DNA of 64,000 nt from an uncultured Methanoregulaceae archaeon (GCA_963737635.1 CAVTTL010000001.1:2016001-2080000); one strand, 5' to 3'; counted from the stretch's first letter, positions 1 through 10,407 are shown. Notes: generated by a model from the sequence alone, not told the origin. A program made the numbers and translations.

Positions 1-97
1 CCCATGGAATCAATGAAATCTGGTTCGGCCCAATATCCATTTCGAGTGTTTTATATTATCAGTCGTTCAATATCTGGATGCTGTTCAGGAATACTCC

Positions 98-2320
98 ATG
101 TATACTGTCCTCTACGTCGACGATGAACCTGGTCTTCTTGAGATCGGAAAACTCTTTCTGGAACAGAACGGACAGTTCACGGTTGACGTCATTACCAATG
201 CGCCCGCCGCCCTGTCTCTCCTGCAGTCAACAACCTACGATGCGATAATTTCCGATTACCTGATGCCGGACATGGACGGCATTGAATTTCTCAAACAGGT
301 CAGAGGTTCCGGCAATACCATTCCGTTCATTCTCTTTACCGGCCGTGGCAGGGAGGAGATTGTCATCCAGGCCCTGAATGAAGGTGCCGATTTCTACCTT
401 CAGAAAGGCGGGGAACCTGTCTCCCAGTTTACCGAGCTTGCGTACAAAGTTCAACGGGCAATACAACGAAAGAGAGCCGAGATAAGCATCCGTAACCATG
501 AACGCCGGGAACAGGATATCATCAACTTCCTTCCCGATGCAACGATTGCCATTGACAAAAACGGAATCGTCATCGCGTGGAACCGGGCAATCGAAGAGAT
601 GACCGGCATACCTGTTAGTCAGATGCTGGGGAAGGGGAATTACGAGTATGCACTCCCCTTCTACGGAGAACGCCGGCCGATCTTGATTGATCTGATCTTC
701 GCACCTCCCGAAGAGATCAAAGAGAGATATTCACATATTGTCCGGACCGGCGCAATGCTTGCTGCTGAAACCACTCTCCCGCGCCTGGGGGGAGAGACAA
801 AAACACTGTGGGGAAAGGCAAGCCCGCTGTACGACCAGAAGGGGGAGATTGTCGGAGCAATCGAGTCAATCCGGGACATTACCGAACGCAGGCGGGCGGA
901 GGAGGCGTTGCGCGAAAGCGAGGAGAAATACCGGGCATTCTTTTCCACAACGCGGGATTGTGTTTTTATCACGTCAAAAGACGGCATCGTCGTCGACTTC
1001 AACGATGCAGCAGTCGGTGCCATAGGCTATGAAAGCAGGGAAGACCTTGCACGGGTCACGGTAAATGATCTCTATGCAAATCCTGAGGAACGGGAAGTGT
1101 TTGTCCGGACCGTATGCGGGCAGGGGTTCGTGAAAGATTATCCGATTGACCTGAAAAAAAAGGATGGGAGTATCCTTCGTACCGTGATTTCAGCCGTCGC
1201 GCGAAAGGATGCCGAGGGTAACCTTGTCGGGTTCCAGGGCATTATCCATGACATTACCGCACAGAAGCAGATTGAACGGGATCTCCGGTCCGCACAGGAA
1301 AAACTGACCGAAGCGCACCACCTTGCCCATATCGGCGTATGGGAGTGGTCGCTGGAGACGAATACCGGGATCTGCTCCGATGAACTCTGCAGGATCATGG
1401 GATGGGATACTGCGAAACCCGCACCCCCTCTCGCTGAACTTGCACGGTATTTTACTCCTGAAAGCTGGGATCACCTGCGGAATGCAGCCGAAAAGGTTTT
1501 AGCCACCGGAGAGCCCTACAACCTTGAACTGGAAGTGGTCCGGCCCGATGGCAGCAGGATATGGACCTCTGTCTTTGGGGGTGTTAAACGAGACAGTCAG
1601 GGAAAGATTGTCCAGATGCACGGCATCGTGCAGGATATCACCGGGCGTAAGATGATGGAAGACGCGATCAGGGAAGCGAACAGGAAACTCAACCTTCTTT
1701 CCGGCATCACCCGCCATGATATCCAGAACCAGCTTCTGACCCTCAGGAGTTATCTGGCCCTCTCCCGTAATCAGATCCAAGACCCGGTGGTTCTTGGATA
1801 CCAACAAAAAGAAGAGAAGATTCTAGAAACAATAGAGCACCAGATCGCATTCACCCGGGATTACCAGAATATGGGAATACGATCGGCGACATGGCAGAAC
1901 GTAAACGCAAGTGTCATGCGTGCAACCTCGCAGCTGCCTATGCGCGATGTCCGGGTACAGGTCGACCGGAAGGATTTCGAAATCCTTGCCGATCCGCTCT
2001 TCGAGAAGGTATTCTACAACCTCATCGATAATGCGCTCAGGTATGGAGGCGATCGGATGACCGCCATCCATGTATCAGCGCAGGAATCTGATGGCGGCAT
2101 AGTACTCATCTGCGAGGATGACGGGGCCGGTATCTCCCCGAAAGATAAAAAGCACCTTTTTACCAAAGGTTTTGGGAAAAATACCGGGTTCGGCCTGTTC
2201 CTGTGCCGCGAGATCCTGTCAATTACCGGTATTGCTATAGCTGAGAACGGCCTGACCGGAAAGGGCGCCCGGTTCGAAATGATCGTCCCAAAAGAAAAAT
2301 ATCGGTTTAGCTCCCGGTAG
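98..2320 (+). CDS. Hybrid sensor histidine kinase (REC-PAS/PAC x3-HisKA-HATPase)
   Basis: N-terminal receiver (VDDE...SDYLMP...YLQKG), repeated PAS/PAC ends (RDITERR, HDITAQK, QDITGRK), H-box RHDIQN, N-box NLIDNALRYG, G-boxes DDGAGI and GFGLFL. Confidence 0.93.
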   Translation: MYTVLYVDDEPGLLEIGKLFLEQNGQFTVDVITNAPAALSLLQSTTYDAIISDYLMPDMDGIEFLKQVRGSGNTIPFILFTGRGREEIVIQALNEGADFYLQKGGEPVSQFTELAYKVQRAIQRKRAEISIRNHERREQDIINFLPDATIAIDKNGIVIAWNRAIEEMTGIPVSQMLGKGNYEYALPFYGERRPILIDLIFAPPEEIKERYSHIVRTGAMLAAETTLPRLGGETKTLWGKASPLYDQKGEIVGAIESIRDITERRRAEEALRESEEKYRAFFSTTRDCVFITSKDGIVVDFNDAAVGAIGYESREDLARVTVNDLYANPEEREVFVRTVCGQGFVKDYPIDLKKKDGSILRTVISAVARKDAEGNLVGFQGIIHDITAQKQIERDLRSAQEKLTEAHHLAHIGVWEWSLETNTGICSDELCRIMGWDTAKPAPPLAELARYFTPESWDHLRNAAEKVLATGEPYNLELEVVRPDGSRIWTSVFGGVKRDSQGKIVQMHGIVQDITGRKMMEDAIREANRKLNLLSGITRHDIQNQLLTLRSYLALSRNQIQDPVVLGYQQKEEKILETIEHQIAFTRDYQNMGIRSATWQNVNASVMRATSQLPMRDVRVQVDRKDFEILADPLFEKVFYNLIDNALRYGGDRMTAIHVSAQESDGGIVLICEDDGAGISPKDKKHLFTKGFGKNTGFGLFLCREILSITGIAIAENGLTGKGARFEMIVPKEKYRFSSR

Positions 2321-2375
2321 TACGGAGCGGCAGAACCTCACGCTCTGACACAGAATCCCTTCTGTCTTGGTACAG

Positions 2376-2894
2376 TCAGGTTTTTTTCCCTGCGTTTCGC
2401 ATCAGGACAAGCAGGCCGGTGAGGATCTGGAGTGGAGTGGGGGGGGTTCCGGGGATCTTGAGATCAACCGGTAGGATTTTGTCTGCCCCGCCAAGGACCG
2501 CGTACGTCCCGGTATAGATCCCGCCATTGCAGGCATCATCCCCGACAGCTACAACGAATTTGGGAGACGGCATCGCATCGTAAGTCTTTTTTACGGCGGT
2601 AGCCATATTGTGCGTGATCGCGCCGGTCACGATTAAGACATCGGCATGCCGGGGTGAAGCAACGAACGTGATGCCAAACCGCTCTACATCGTAGAATGCA
2701 TTGCTGAGATTATTTACTTCGATCTCGGCAGCATTGTCGCTGCCAGCATCCAGTTCACGGACGGCAAGGCTCCGCCCGAACCGCGTATCGATCTCCTGTT
2801 TTATCTCGCGGCCGAGTCTTTCCATTTCATCTTCCGGTAACGGAAGCGAACCGGTCACTTTCTTTTTTATCAGACAGGAAAATGCATTGACCAT
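2376..2894 (-). CDS. Ehr/Hyf-like small subunit (NuoB/HycG family) lacking the canonical Fe-S cysteines
   Basis: NuoB-family motifs DVERFGITFVASPRHADVLIVTG and PSPKFVVAVG; Cys positions read GSDNAAE, GDDAC and IPGTPP. Confidence 0.88.
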   Translation of the reverse strand: MVNAFSCLIKKKVTGSLPLPEDEMERLGREIKQEIDTRFGRSLAVRELDAGSDNAAEIEVNNLSNAFYDVERFGITFVASPRHADVLIVTGAITHNMATAVKKTYDAMPSPKFVVAVGDDACNGGIYTGTYAVLGGADKILPVDLKIPGTPPTPLQILTGLLVLMRNAGKKT

Positions 2895-2905
2895 CGCGTT
2901 TCACC

Positions 2906-4498
2906 TCATAGGTCTGTCCCGGCGTACGACAGATTCAGGCTCTTGTTGATAACCGGGAAATCGGCAATGATATTGCCGGGTACTGCATGCTCAAGGGTGA
3001 GCCAGTTGCAGTATGAAGCTGTTCTCACCTTGTAACGGCTGATTTTTCCACCCTGTACCTCCACCCAGCAGAGGTTCTGCCCCCGCGGGGACTCTACAAG
3101 CGCGAGCGCACAGCCATCTCGGACAGGTTCGTCGCTGCACATCTGCCCGTCAGGGATAGCGGCGATAACCTGTTCGATCAAGTCGAGTGCATCTAGGATC
3201 TCCGCTGCTTTTACCGTGAACCTGGCAAGGACATCGCCATCGGCCAGGGGCATGAGCGTAGGAACGAAGCGGTCATAAATCCCGTACGGATGGTCCACCC
3301 GAACATCCATCTCGCCACCGGAAGCACGAGCAACCGGGCCGGTGATATTGAGGGGGGCAAGCAGCGGTTTTTTGATGATCCCGGTCTGCGCGAACCGGTC
3401 GATCACCGAGGTTGTCGAGAGCACGATGGAAAGCCCGGTCCTGAACTGTTTTTTGAACCGTCTAAGATAATTCTTAAAACCGGTTAGGGTTACGGCCGGG
3501 ATATCCCGCGTGACCCCGCCCGGACAGATCATTCCCCGTAGGAACCGGGAGCCGGAAAGCTTCGCGTTCTCGCGCAACATCTCCTCGCGCAACACGGCAA
3601 ACTGGCTGGCACCAAGAGCAAATGCGACGTCGGTCAGCATGCCTGCCAGATCGCCGAGGTGGGAACAGATCCTTTCGGACTCGCAGAGGACCGTCCGGAT
3701 GTGCCAAGCGCGTTCAGGCACGGTGATCCCGGAGAGTCGTTCGACTGCCATGCAAAACCCCGTCGCATTTGCCGCTGATTCGTCTCCGCTGACCGCTTCT
3801 GCGATCTTCGTGCAGTCCATTGGAGCCTTCCCTTCTGCCAGTTTCTCGATCCCCCGGTGAGTATAGAACAGGCGGACCTCGAGGTTGAAGACCGTCTCCC
3901 CGATCACGCTGAACCGGAAGTGACCGGGCTCGATGATGCCGGCATGGACCGGCCCGACCGGGACCTGATAGACGCCGTCGCCGCTCACGTTCCGGAACTG
4001 GTAGAAATCAGACGCGTTGATCGTTTTTACCGGGGTAACTGGCGCATTGGCGCATCCCTTTTCCAGCGGGTGAAACATATCAGGATATTCCTCATGCAGG
4101 ACGAGTCGCCGGGTGTCAAACGCGCCGTCGAATTCGATCCCGAACATGTCCCGGCATTCCCGTTCCGGCCATGTAGCCGAAGGAAAGACCGCGGCAATGG
4201 AGGTCGCCTGTTTTCCGGTAATATTCCGGACAAGGACGAGGATGCTGTCGTGGTGTTCGAAAACATACCGGAGCACATGCTCTTCGCCGCCAGTACCTTC
4301 AGAACAAAACAATCCGATCAGGACCCATTTCTGTGCAGTAAGAATGGGGATGGCTTGGCCAAATTCCTGTTTATTGACGTTGACGGAATACTCCCCGCTG
4401 CATCCATACGTAATCCGGGCTGGCGTAGCGGCACTACCAAAAATTTCCCGGACTGCTGCAGTGGCGGCATCTTCCCCGGTGATTTCAGTCTGGGTCAT
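2906..4498 (-). CDS. Ehr/HycE-like large subunit (NuoC+NuoD fusion) without NiFe ligands
   Basis: WPERECRDMFGI, GPVHAGIIEPGHFRF, FYTHRGIEKLAEG, ESPRG; the N-terminal CxxC is replaced by VSGD and the C-terminal by NLSYAGTDL. Confidence 0.92.
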   Translation of the reverse strand: MTQTEITGEDAATAAVREIFGSAATPARITYGCSGEYSVNVNKQEFGQAIPILTAQKWVLIGLFCSEGTGGEEHVLRYVFEHHDSILVLVRNITGKQATSIAAVFPSATWPERECRDMFGIEFDGAFDTRRLVLHEEYPDMFHPLEKGCANAPVTPVKTINASDFYQFRNVSGDGVYQVPVGPVHAGIIEPGHFRFSVIGETVFNLEVRLFYTHRGIEKLAEGKAPMDCTKIAEAVSGDESAANATGFCMAVERLSGITVPERAWHIRTVLCESERICSHLGDLAGMLTDVAFALGASQFAVLREEMLRENAKLSGSRFLRGMICPGGVTRDIPAVTLTGFKNYLRRFKKQFRTGLSIVLSTTSVIDRFAQTGIIKKPLLAPLNITGPVARASGGEMDVRVDHPYGIYDRFVPTLMPLADGDVLARFTVKAAEILDALDLIEQVIAAIPDGQMCSDEPVRDGCALALVESPRGQNLCWVEVQGGKISRYKVRTASYCNWLTLEHAVPGNIIADFPVINKSLNLSYAGTDL

Positions 4499-5979
4499 CA
4501 GAACCTCAACTCCGTAACTATCTGGGAGAGAAAAGCAGATCCTCCGGCAGGGAACATAAGCCCGAGTACAAGAACGAGGGCAAGCAGGATCACAATCGGG
4601 ATCTGCATGGAGAGCGGTGTCCGGTAAGGAACTAGTTCAGGGTTTTCGTCCGGTGGTGTGGTGCGGGTAAACATGCTGATAACGAAGTTCCCGAGGGCGG
4701 CAGCGGCTATCAAGATGAGGATGAGGACAACCGTAAGCACCCAGAGTGAAAGCGATCCGAGAGAGAGCAGGATGAGGAATTTTGAGAAAAAGGCCATAAA
4801 GGGTGGCATACCGATGATCGCGAGCCCTCCGAGGATGATCCCCCATGCCGCGAACGGCTGGAACCGGAACACGTCGTGGATGTCATCAGGGGCATCGGCA
4901 GAAATATGACTCCGGTATTGCCGGTGCAGGATACCGGCTGAGAAGAAGAGCGAGGCTTTCGTGAGGGCGTGCGCGATAACCTGGAAAAGTACCCAGAAGA
5001 TCGCAACCGGTGTAGCGACAGCAATGCCAACCAGGATGATACCCATGTTCTCGATACTTGAAAATGCGATTAGTTTCTTGAGATTCTTTTCAGGCAGCAT
5101 GGAGAACGCGGCAATGGCAATCGAGAAGATGCCAAAGAGCAGGATTGCCGGGGCAACTACGGCCGAAGCATCAGTCTGGTGGACAATGGCAAATACCCGG
5201 ATTATACCGTAGATCCCTATGTTCAGGAGCACTCCTGAGAGGACTGCACTCACCGCAGAGGGCGCCTTGGCATGGGCCTCGGGAAGCCATGTATGGAACG
5301 GGAAGATGCCGGACTTTGCGGCAAACCCGATAAAGATGAACATAAAGGCGGCGATCATCATTACAGGGGGGAATGCAGAGGCATGCTGCATCAGGGCTGT
5401 CCAGTTGAGGGTACCGTCGCCAAGCGTGGAACGAGAGATTTCAAAGAGGAAGATAAGCCCGACAAAGGCGAAGATCATAGCCACCGATGCAACGAAGATG
5501 TACTTGAGCGCCGCGTCGATATTCTCCTTCGCCGAGAGTATCGCGATAAGCATCGCCGATATGATCGTTGTCATCTCAGCAAAGATCCAGAAGAGCGCCA
5601 GATTGTCCGAGAAAAAAGCAAGAACAATGACCAGTTCGAGCAGGCACCACGCGGCATAGAAGAGCTTCAGGCTCCCCTGTTCCAGCTCCCTGTTTGCAAG
5701 CAGATTGCTGATATAGCCCCGGGCATACACGGCAGCGAGTAAGAAAATGAAGGTTGCAACCAGCACTTCCAAGAGGCCGAGGTGGTCGATGAAAAAGTAC
5801 CCGCTGCCTACAATGAAAGTGTTGACAGGGATTTGCACGAACAGGAGAATGTACAGGGTGATCGCTAAGTAAATGATCCCCTGCCCGGCGGCGGCCGCAT
5901 TCATCTGCTGGTTTGTGTGGCTGAGGGCGACAAGAATGATCGCAACGAGGGCGCAGGCCACAAAGGCGATGAGAATCAT
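4498..5979 (-). CDS. HyfF-like proton-conducting membrane subunit (NuoM/MrpD family)
   Basis: Polytopic membrane protein with KSGIFPFHTWLPEAHAKAPS, KKLIAFSSIENMG and HALTKASLF. Confidence 0.9.
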   Translation of the reverse strand: MILIAFVACALVAIILVALSHTNQQMNAAAAGQGIIYLAITLYILLFVQIPVNTFIVGSGYFFIDHLGLLEVLVATFIFLLAAVYARGYISNLLANRELEQGSLKLFYAAWCLLELVIVLAFFSDNLALFWIFAEMTTIISAMLIAILSAKENIDAALKYIFVASVAMIFAFVGLIFLFEISRSTLGDGTLNWTALMQHASAFPPVMMIAAFMFIFIGFAAKSGIFPFHTWLPEAHAKAPSAVSAVLSGVLLNIGIYGIIRVFAIVHQTDASAVVAPAILLFGIFSIAIAAFSMLPEKNLKKLIAFSSIENMGIILVGIAVATPVAIFWVLFQVIAHALTKASLFFSAGILHRQYRSHISADAPDDIHDVFRFQPFAAWGIILGGLAIIGMPPFMAFFSKFLILLSLGSLSLWVLTVVLILILIAAAALGNFVISMFTRTTPPDENPELVPYRTPLSMQIPIVILLALVLVLGLMFPAGGSAFLSQIVTELRF

Positions 5980-6668
5980 GGGGACACCTCCTGCTCTTCC
6001 CAGAGGTAGAACCGGTGGAGCCGGTTATGGTACTCCTCGAGCGTCGAATCAATCCCGACGGTAAGGATGGTCGTCAGGATGATAAGGATGACCAGATCGA
6101 TGACGATCAGGAACTCGATGATGAACGGGAGCTCGGTTACAAAGATGCCAAAGAGGAGGACGCCGTTTTCCATCGAGAGGTATCCCAGCACTTTCGTGAT
6201 CGCCCTTTTCCGTGAGAAGGTCACCATCATGCCCATCAGGACAAGAGAGACCCCAATCACCGCCCCAAAGAAAAAGAGGCTTCCGTTTATCGTTGTATCC
6301 GGGATGATACGGGAGAGGGTGATGTAGACGACGATCATTAGCGCAAGCGAGATCAGAAGCGAACTCGTCGGGCTGAGGAAATGGAAGTCGATATCGCGTT
6401 TTATCCGGATCTTCTCCTGGATGGTCGCAATGAAGTACGGTATCAGGCACACTTTGAAGACCAGCGTGAGGATCGCAATGGCAAGGAGGATCGGCTCATT
6501 CTCGTACCACGCGACGCCAAGAGCGATAATAACGAGAGTAAGCGACTGGAGCGCGTAGACCCTGACCAGACTGATGAGGTTCTTTGTTGTGATGATATAC
6601 GCCGACGTAACGATCACGCAGACGAACAGGATCTTGACGATCCCATCAAAAAATGCAGGGTCGATCAT
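5976..6668 (-). CDS. HyfE-like membrane subunit
   Basis: Hydrophobic, with YALQS and GYLSMENG motifs; position between hyfC-like and hyfF-like genes; ATGA overlaps. Confidence 0.85.
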   Translation of the reverse strand: MIDPAFFDGIVKILFVCVIVTSAYIITTKNLISLVRVYALQSLTLVIIALGVAWYENEPILLAIAILTLVFKVCLIPYFIATIQEKIRIKRDIDFHFLSPTSSLLISLALMIVVYITLSRIIPDTTINGSLFFFGAVIGVSLVLMGMMVTFSRKRAITKVLGYLSMENGVLLFGIFVTELPFIIEFLIVIDLVILIILTTILTVGIDSTLEEYHNRLHRFYLWEEQEVSP

Positions 6669-7606
6669 GCGAACACCTCGATGATGATGATAAGGGTAGA
6701 GAAGAAGAACGCCATCATAAAGAGGCTTGGCAGCCGGAAGAACCGCATCTTTGCCATGGATGACTCAAAGAGCCCCATCACAAGGGCAAGAAGGGCAGCT
6801 TTTCCGATAAAGAGAACAAAGGCGGCGGCAATAGTGGCAGGAGTGAGTGTGGTGGCGATCCCCCATGGGATGATAAGGTTGATGAGCAGTCCCATCAGGA
6901 TTACCTGTTTTATGGCAGACGAGAGTTCGAGGAGTGCAAGATTCCGGCCCGATTGTTCGAGGATCATGCCTTCGTGGATCATGGTCAGCTCGAGATGGGT
7001 CTCCGGGTTATCGACCGGGATGCGTGCGGTCTCAACGATCAGGATAATAAAAAGAGAGATTCCAAGCAATATCAGTACCGGGGTCACCGGGGTACCGGTT
7101 GTAGCCGCCACCGTGGCCATATCGATGATATTGAGGGATTTAAAGACAAATGCGAGTGCGGCAAAGACAATAATCGTAGTTGGTTCGATGACCGCCGCGA
7201 TGCTCATCTCCCGGGAGCTGCCCATACCGCCGAATGTGCTCCCTGCATCGAGGCCGCCCAGCGCCATGAAGAACCGGGCGAGCACCAGCAGGTACAAGAA
7301 GAGGATAATATTTCCGATGCCTCCAGCCGGCTCCGTGACATAGACGAGCGGGACAAAGAGCGAGGCAGTAAGGATGGCAGCGATGCAGACCCACGGTGTA
7401 ATCCTTGTGATCCGGGATGCATTGGGGGAATAGATCACTTCCTTTTTGAGGAGCTTCGCGAGCGTGTAATAGGTCTGGAAAATCGATGGCCCCTGCCGCC
7501 CCTGTGTCCACGCTTTGACCTTCTTTACCAGGCTCACGAAGAGCGGCGCAATAAGAACGACACTGACGGTGTTGATGATACCGTACAGCAGGAACTCCGG
7601 GATCAT
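6665..7606 (-). CDS. HyfC/HycD-like membrane subunit (NuoH family)
   Basis: QGRQGPSIFQ, GGMGSSREM, ETARIPVDNPETHLELTMIHE. Confidence 0.92.
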   Translation of the reverse strand: MIPEFLLYGIINTVSVVLIAPLFVSLVKKVKAWTQGRQGPSIFQTYYTLAKLLKKEVIYSPNASRITRITPWVCIAAILTASLFVPLVYVTEPAGGIGNIILFLYLLVLARFFMALGGLDAGSTFGGMGSSREMSIAAVIEPTTIIVFAALAFVFKSLNIIDMATVAATTGTPVTPVLILLGISLFIILIVETARIPVDNPETHLELTMIHEGMILEQSGRNLALLELSSAIKQVILMGLLINLIIPWGIATTLTPATIAAAFVLFIGKAALLALVMGLFESSMAKMRFFRLPSLFMMAFFFSTLIIIIEVFA

Positions 7607-9552
7607 GCGAGTACCCCCAGGAAGAGGATGACGGCGACCACGGCAAGGAAGACATACAGAAGGTAGGTGTCAAGGCACCCGTTCTGCATGCGGGCAACCA
7701 AACCGGCAGCACGGCACGTTCCCCGTGCAACCGGGAGGTAGAGGTACTCCTCGAAGAACTTTACCAGCCGGATCTCTGCTGTTCCCTCAGCAAAGATGCA
7801 TTCGTGCTGGTCGTAGTATGTTTTGGTGCTCGTCTTTTTGGTCCGGTAGATGGAAGAAAAGATTGTAACAATCGGCTCCGAGAACCCGTGTCCGGTATAC
7901 TCGGTCGAGGAGGGCAGCGACCGCGCACCGCATCCCCAGGTTTCGCTGATCCTGACCTCGTGGGATGCGGTAAAATACAGGACAACGTACGTGAGCGCTG
8001 CCATGAAAAGGAGCAGCATGCTCACGAGAAGAAGGTCGGGGATGGGAAGCACATAGCCGAACGCGGTGAGGATCTGGTACGAGAAGACCCCCAGAATGAC
8101 ACACGCGGCGGCAAGGATGGCCGGGCCGGCAAGCATCGAAAGGCCGACCTCGTGGGCTTCCTCACACTCCGGTGACCGCGACCGGGCGAGGAAGATGGAG
8201 CCAAAGGCCTTCACAAAGCAGGCAGCAGAAAGGGCACTGGTGAGCGCAAAGAGGGCAAGACAGATGAACAGGAGTATTTTTATGAGTGGGTCGACCATGG
8301 AGACGGACTCAAAGAACGCCGTGTAGACCAGCAGTTCGCTGGCAAAACCGTTGAGCGGCGGGAGCGCGGCAATGGCAGCAGCTCCGGTAAAAAAGAGGGC
8401 GGAGGTAACGGGCATCTTGCCGGAAAGGCCGCCCATCTTCTCGATGTCGCGGGTGTGTGTGGCGTGCACTACTGAGCCGGCCGTGAGGAAGAGGAGGCTT
8501 TTGAAGAGCGCATGGTTGAGAGAGTGGAAGAGCGCGGCAAGCAGGCTGATGGTTGCAAGCAGGGGAAGTCCCGCGCAGGAGAAGATTACATACAGACCAA
8601 TGCCCACAAAGATGATGCCGATATTCTCGATGCTTGAGTACGCAAGGAGCCCCTTGATGTCGTCTTCCTTGATTGCGTAGATCACGCCGAGCACAGCCGA
8701 CGCAATACCGGCGATAAGGATCAGGACACCCCACCAGAGATCCGGCGAGAACACCGTGATAATAAACCGGAGGAGACCATAGACGGCGACCTTGAGCATC
8801 ACGCCGGACATGAGCGCCGAGACGGGCGTGGGACTTGCCGGATGGGCGTACGGGAGCCACTTGTGAAACGGAATGATCCCGGCCTTGATGGCAAAGCCGA
8901 TAAAAAGCGAGAGAAACGCGACCGTGACCAGAGGCATCGACACAGCGGGAAGATGCACCGGGGCGATCGCAAACGAACCGGAAGCGACAAAAAGGGCAAT
9001 GATCCCGAGCATTACAAAGAGGGTCGAGAGCTGGGTCATCACGAAATAGAAGATCCCGGCTTTCCGTGTCTCGGCGTGTGTATACTCGTACATCACGAGG
9101 AAAAAGGAGACCACTGCCATAAGCTCCCAGAACACGAGAAACGAGATCGTGTTTTCCGAGGCAACCACAAGCACCATGGCGAGCACGAAGAGACCGATGC
9201 AGCCGCAGAGAAGGTTGCGACGGCTCCCGCCCTCCATATGCTCAACGTACCCGGTGCTGTAGACCGCGACACAGGCTGCAACGATCCCTATGAGGAACAG
9301 GAAGAACGCGGCGAGCCGGTCGATAAAAAATGCTACCGCGATCCCCGGGAAGGGCTGCCAGGCGGTAAAAGCAAGAGACGTGCCGGTGACCAGGATAATG
9401 AGCGAGAGCACCGTAAGAAGCGCCGAGGCAGCCGCAATACAGGCAAGCGAGAGAGTGCGTGAGGTCCGGCTGTCCCGCGTCGCTCCCAAAAGGGCGATGA
9501 CCGCGCCGGCAAGGAAAAAGATGACGACAATCCCAAAGATCAGGCCGAGCAT
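7603..9552 (-). CDS. HyfB/HycC-like antiporter-type membrane subunit
   Basis: FWELM, KAGIIPFHKWLPYAHPASP, LAYSSIENIG, NHALFKSLLF, PPLNGFASE, TWGCG. Confidence 0.92.
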   Translation of the reverse strand: MLGLIFGIVVIFFLAGAVIALLGATRDSRTSRTLSLACIAAASALLTVLSLIILVTGTSLAFTAWQPFPGIAVAFFIDRLAAFFLFLIGIVAACVAVYSTGYVEHMEGGSRRNLLCGCIGLFVLAMVLVVASENTISFLVFWELMAVVSFFLVMYEYTHAETRKAGIFYFVMTQLSTLFVMLGIIALFVASGSFAIAPVHLPAVSMPLVTVAFLSLFIGFAIKAGIIPFHKWLPYAHPASPTPVSALMSGVMLKVAVYGLLRFIITVFSPDLWWGVLILIAGIASAVLGVIYAIKEDDIKGLLAYSSIENIGIIFVGIGLYVIFSCAGLPLLATISLLAALFHSLNHALFKSLLFLTAGSVVHATHTRDIEKMGGLSGKMPVTSALFFTGAAAIAALPPLNGFASELLVYTAFFESVSMVDPLIKILLFICLALFALTSALSAACFVKAFGSIFLARSRSPECEEAHEVGLSMLAGPAILAAACVILGVFSYQILTAFGYVLPIPDLLLVSMLLLFMAALTYVVLYFTASHEVRISETWGCGARSLPSSTEYTGHGFSEPIVTIFSSIYRTKKTSTKTYYDQHECIFAEGTAEIRLVKFFEEYLYLPVARGTCRAAGLVARMQNGCLDTYLLYVFLAVVAVILFLGVLA

Positions 9553-9567
9553 GAAGGCACATCCCCG

Positions 9568-10185
9568 TTATGCATCCCGGTCTCCCGGGAGAGGAGTGGG
9601 GTCGCGCTTCATGGGACAGCTCCCCGAATAATTGGCTGTGCCCTGCCCGGGCCGGATCGTCACCGGAATCTCGGGGGCCGGGACAAAACCCATCTCCCGG
9701 TAGAAGTCAACCAGTTCCGGCTTCGCATGCAGGTACAGCATCTCGTGCCGGCCGCACTCCTCGATCAGCCGTCTCATGACCAGGCGGGCAAATCCCCGGT
9801 GCCGGTACTCTTCGAGGACATAAACGCCGTCTACTTCAAAGCTATCTAGATGCCGGGAACACCGGGCAACACCGACTAACTGGGTACCAGCAAATGCCGC
9901 AAACAGCCGGTCTGTCGCAGTATCTGCTTTCTGCTGGTTATCGTGGATCCAGAGTTCTTCTTCGGCACGACGCATCTCGTGCGCCGGGAGTTCCCTGACC
10001 TCGACGCTGAGCACGGCCGGGTGGTCTATAAACGCGTGCCCAAACGTAAGAAGCTGCTTCCGGATCCGGCGGAAGATGCGTGGTTGCAAGGTGACAAACT
10101 CCCCGCATTCCTCACCTGCAAGCGCATAGAGTGTAAGCAGGGTCGCATCTTCCCCAGTGGGTTCTTGGTGTATTGCTGATGACAA
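9568..10185 (-). CDS. GNAT family N-acetyltransferase (start uncertain)
   Basis: VYVLEEYRHRGFA acetyl-CoA motif and FYREMGF; ends 15 bp upstream of the hyfB-like start. Confidence 0.8.
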   Translation of the reverse strand: MSSAIHQEPTGEDATLLTLYALAGEECGEFVTLQPRIFRRIRKQLLTFGHAFIDHPAVLSVEVRELPAHEMRRAEEELWIHDNQQKADTATDRLFAAFAGTQLVGVARCSRHLDSFEVDGVYVLEEYRHRGFARLVMRRLIEECGRHEMLYLHAKPELVDFYREMGFVPAPEIPVTIRPGQGTANYSGSCPMKRDPTPLPGDRDA

Positions 10186-10407
10186 TGCAGACGTATATGC
10201 ATTCTCCTTGTGTAGTATTGCGTGGTCCTGAAAGGGTTTTTTAGTGTCTCCTGTCCCCAGCCAGCACGGAGATAAGAGTTTTCATACGTTTTCCCCTGAT
10301 CCTGCTTATAGGTTACGTCCGGCGGGCTGATATCCGCGGTCTCGTGATCACCCGGTTACACCAAGGAAACTTTATGGTTTATTACCTGCCGGCGTCAATC
10401 TTCGGGT

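Noticed and set aside
2376-4498. Annotation as an active [NiFe] hydrogenase matured by the hypCAE genes in this window
   Set aside because: The large subunit has no NiFe-binding cysteines; the hyp genes are over 30 kb away and likely serve other hydrogenases.
10186-10407. Possible fluoride or other riboswitch upstream of the Ehr operon
   Set aside because: I looked for crcB and ykkC consensus elements on the minus strand and found none.
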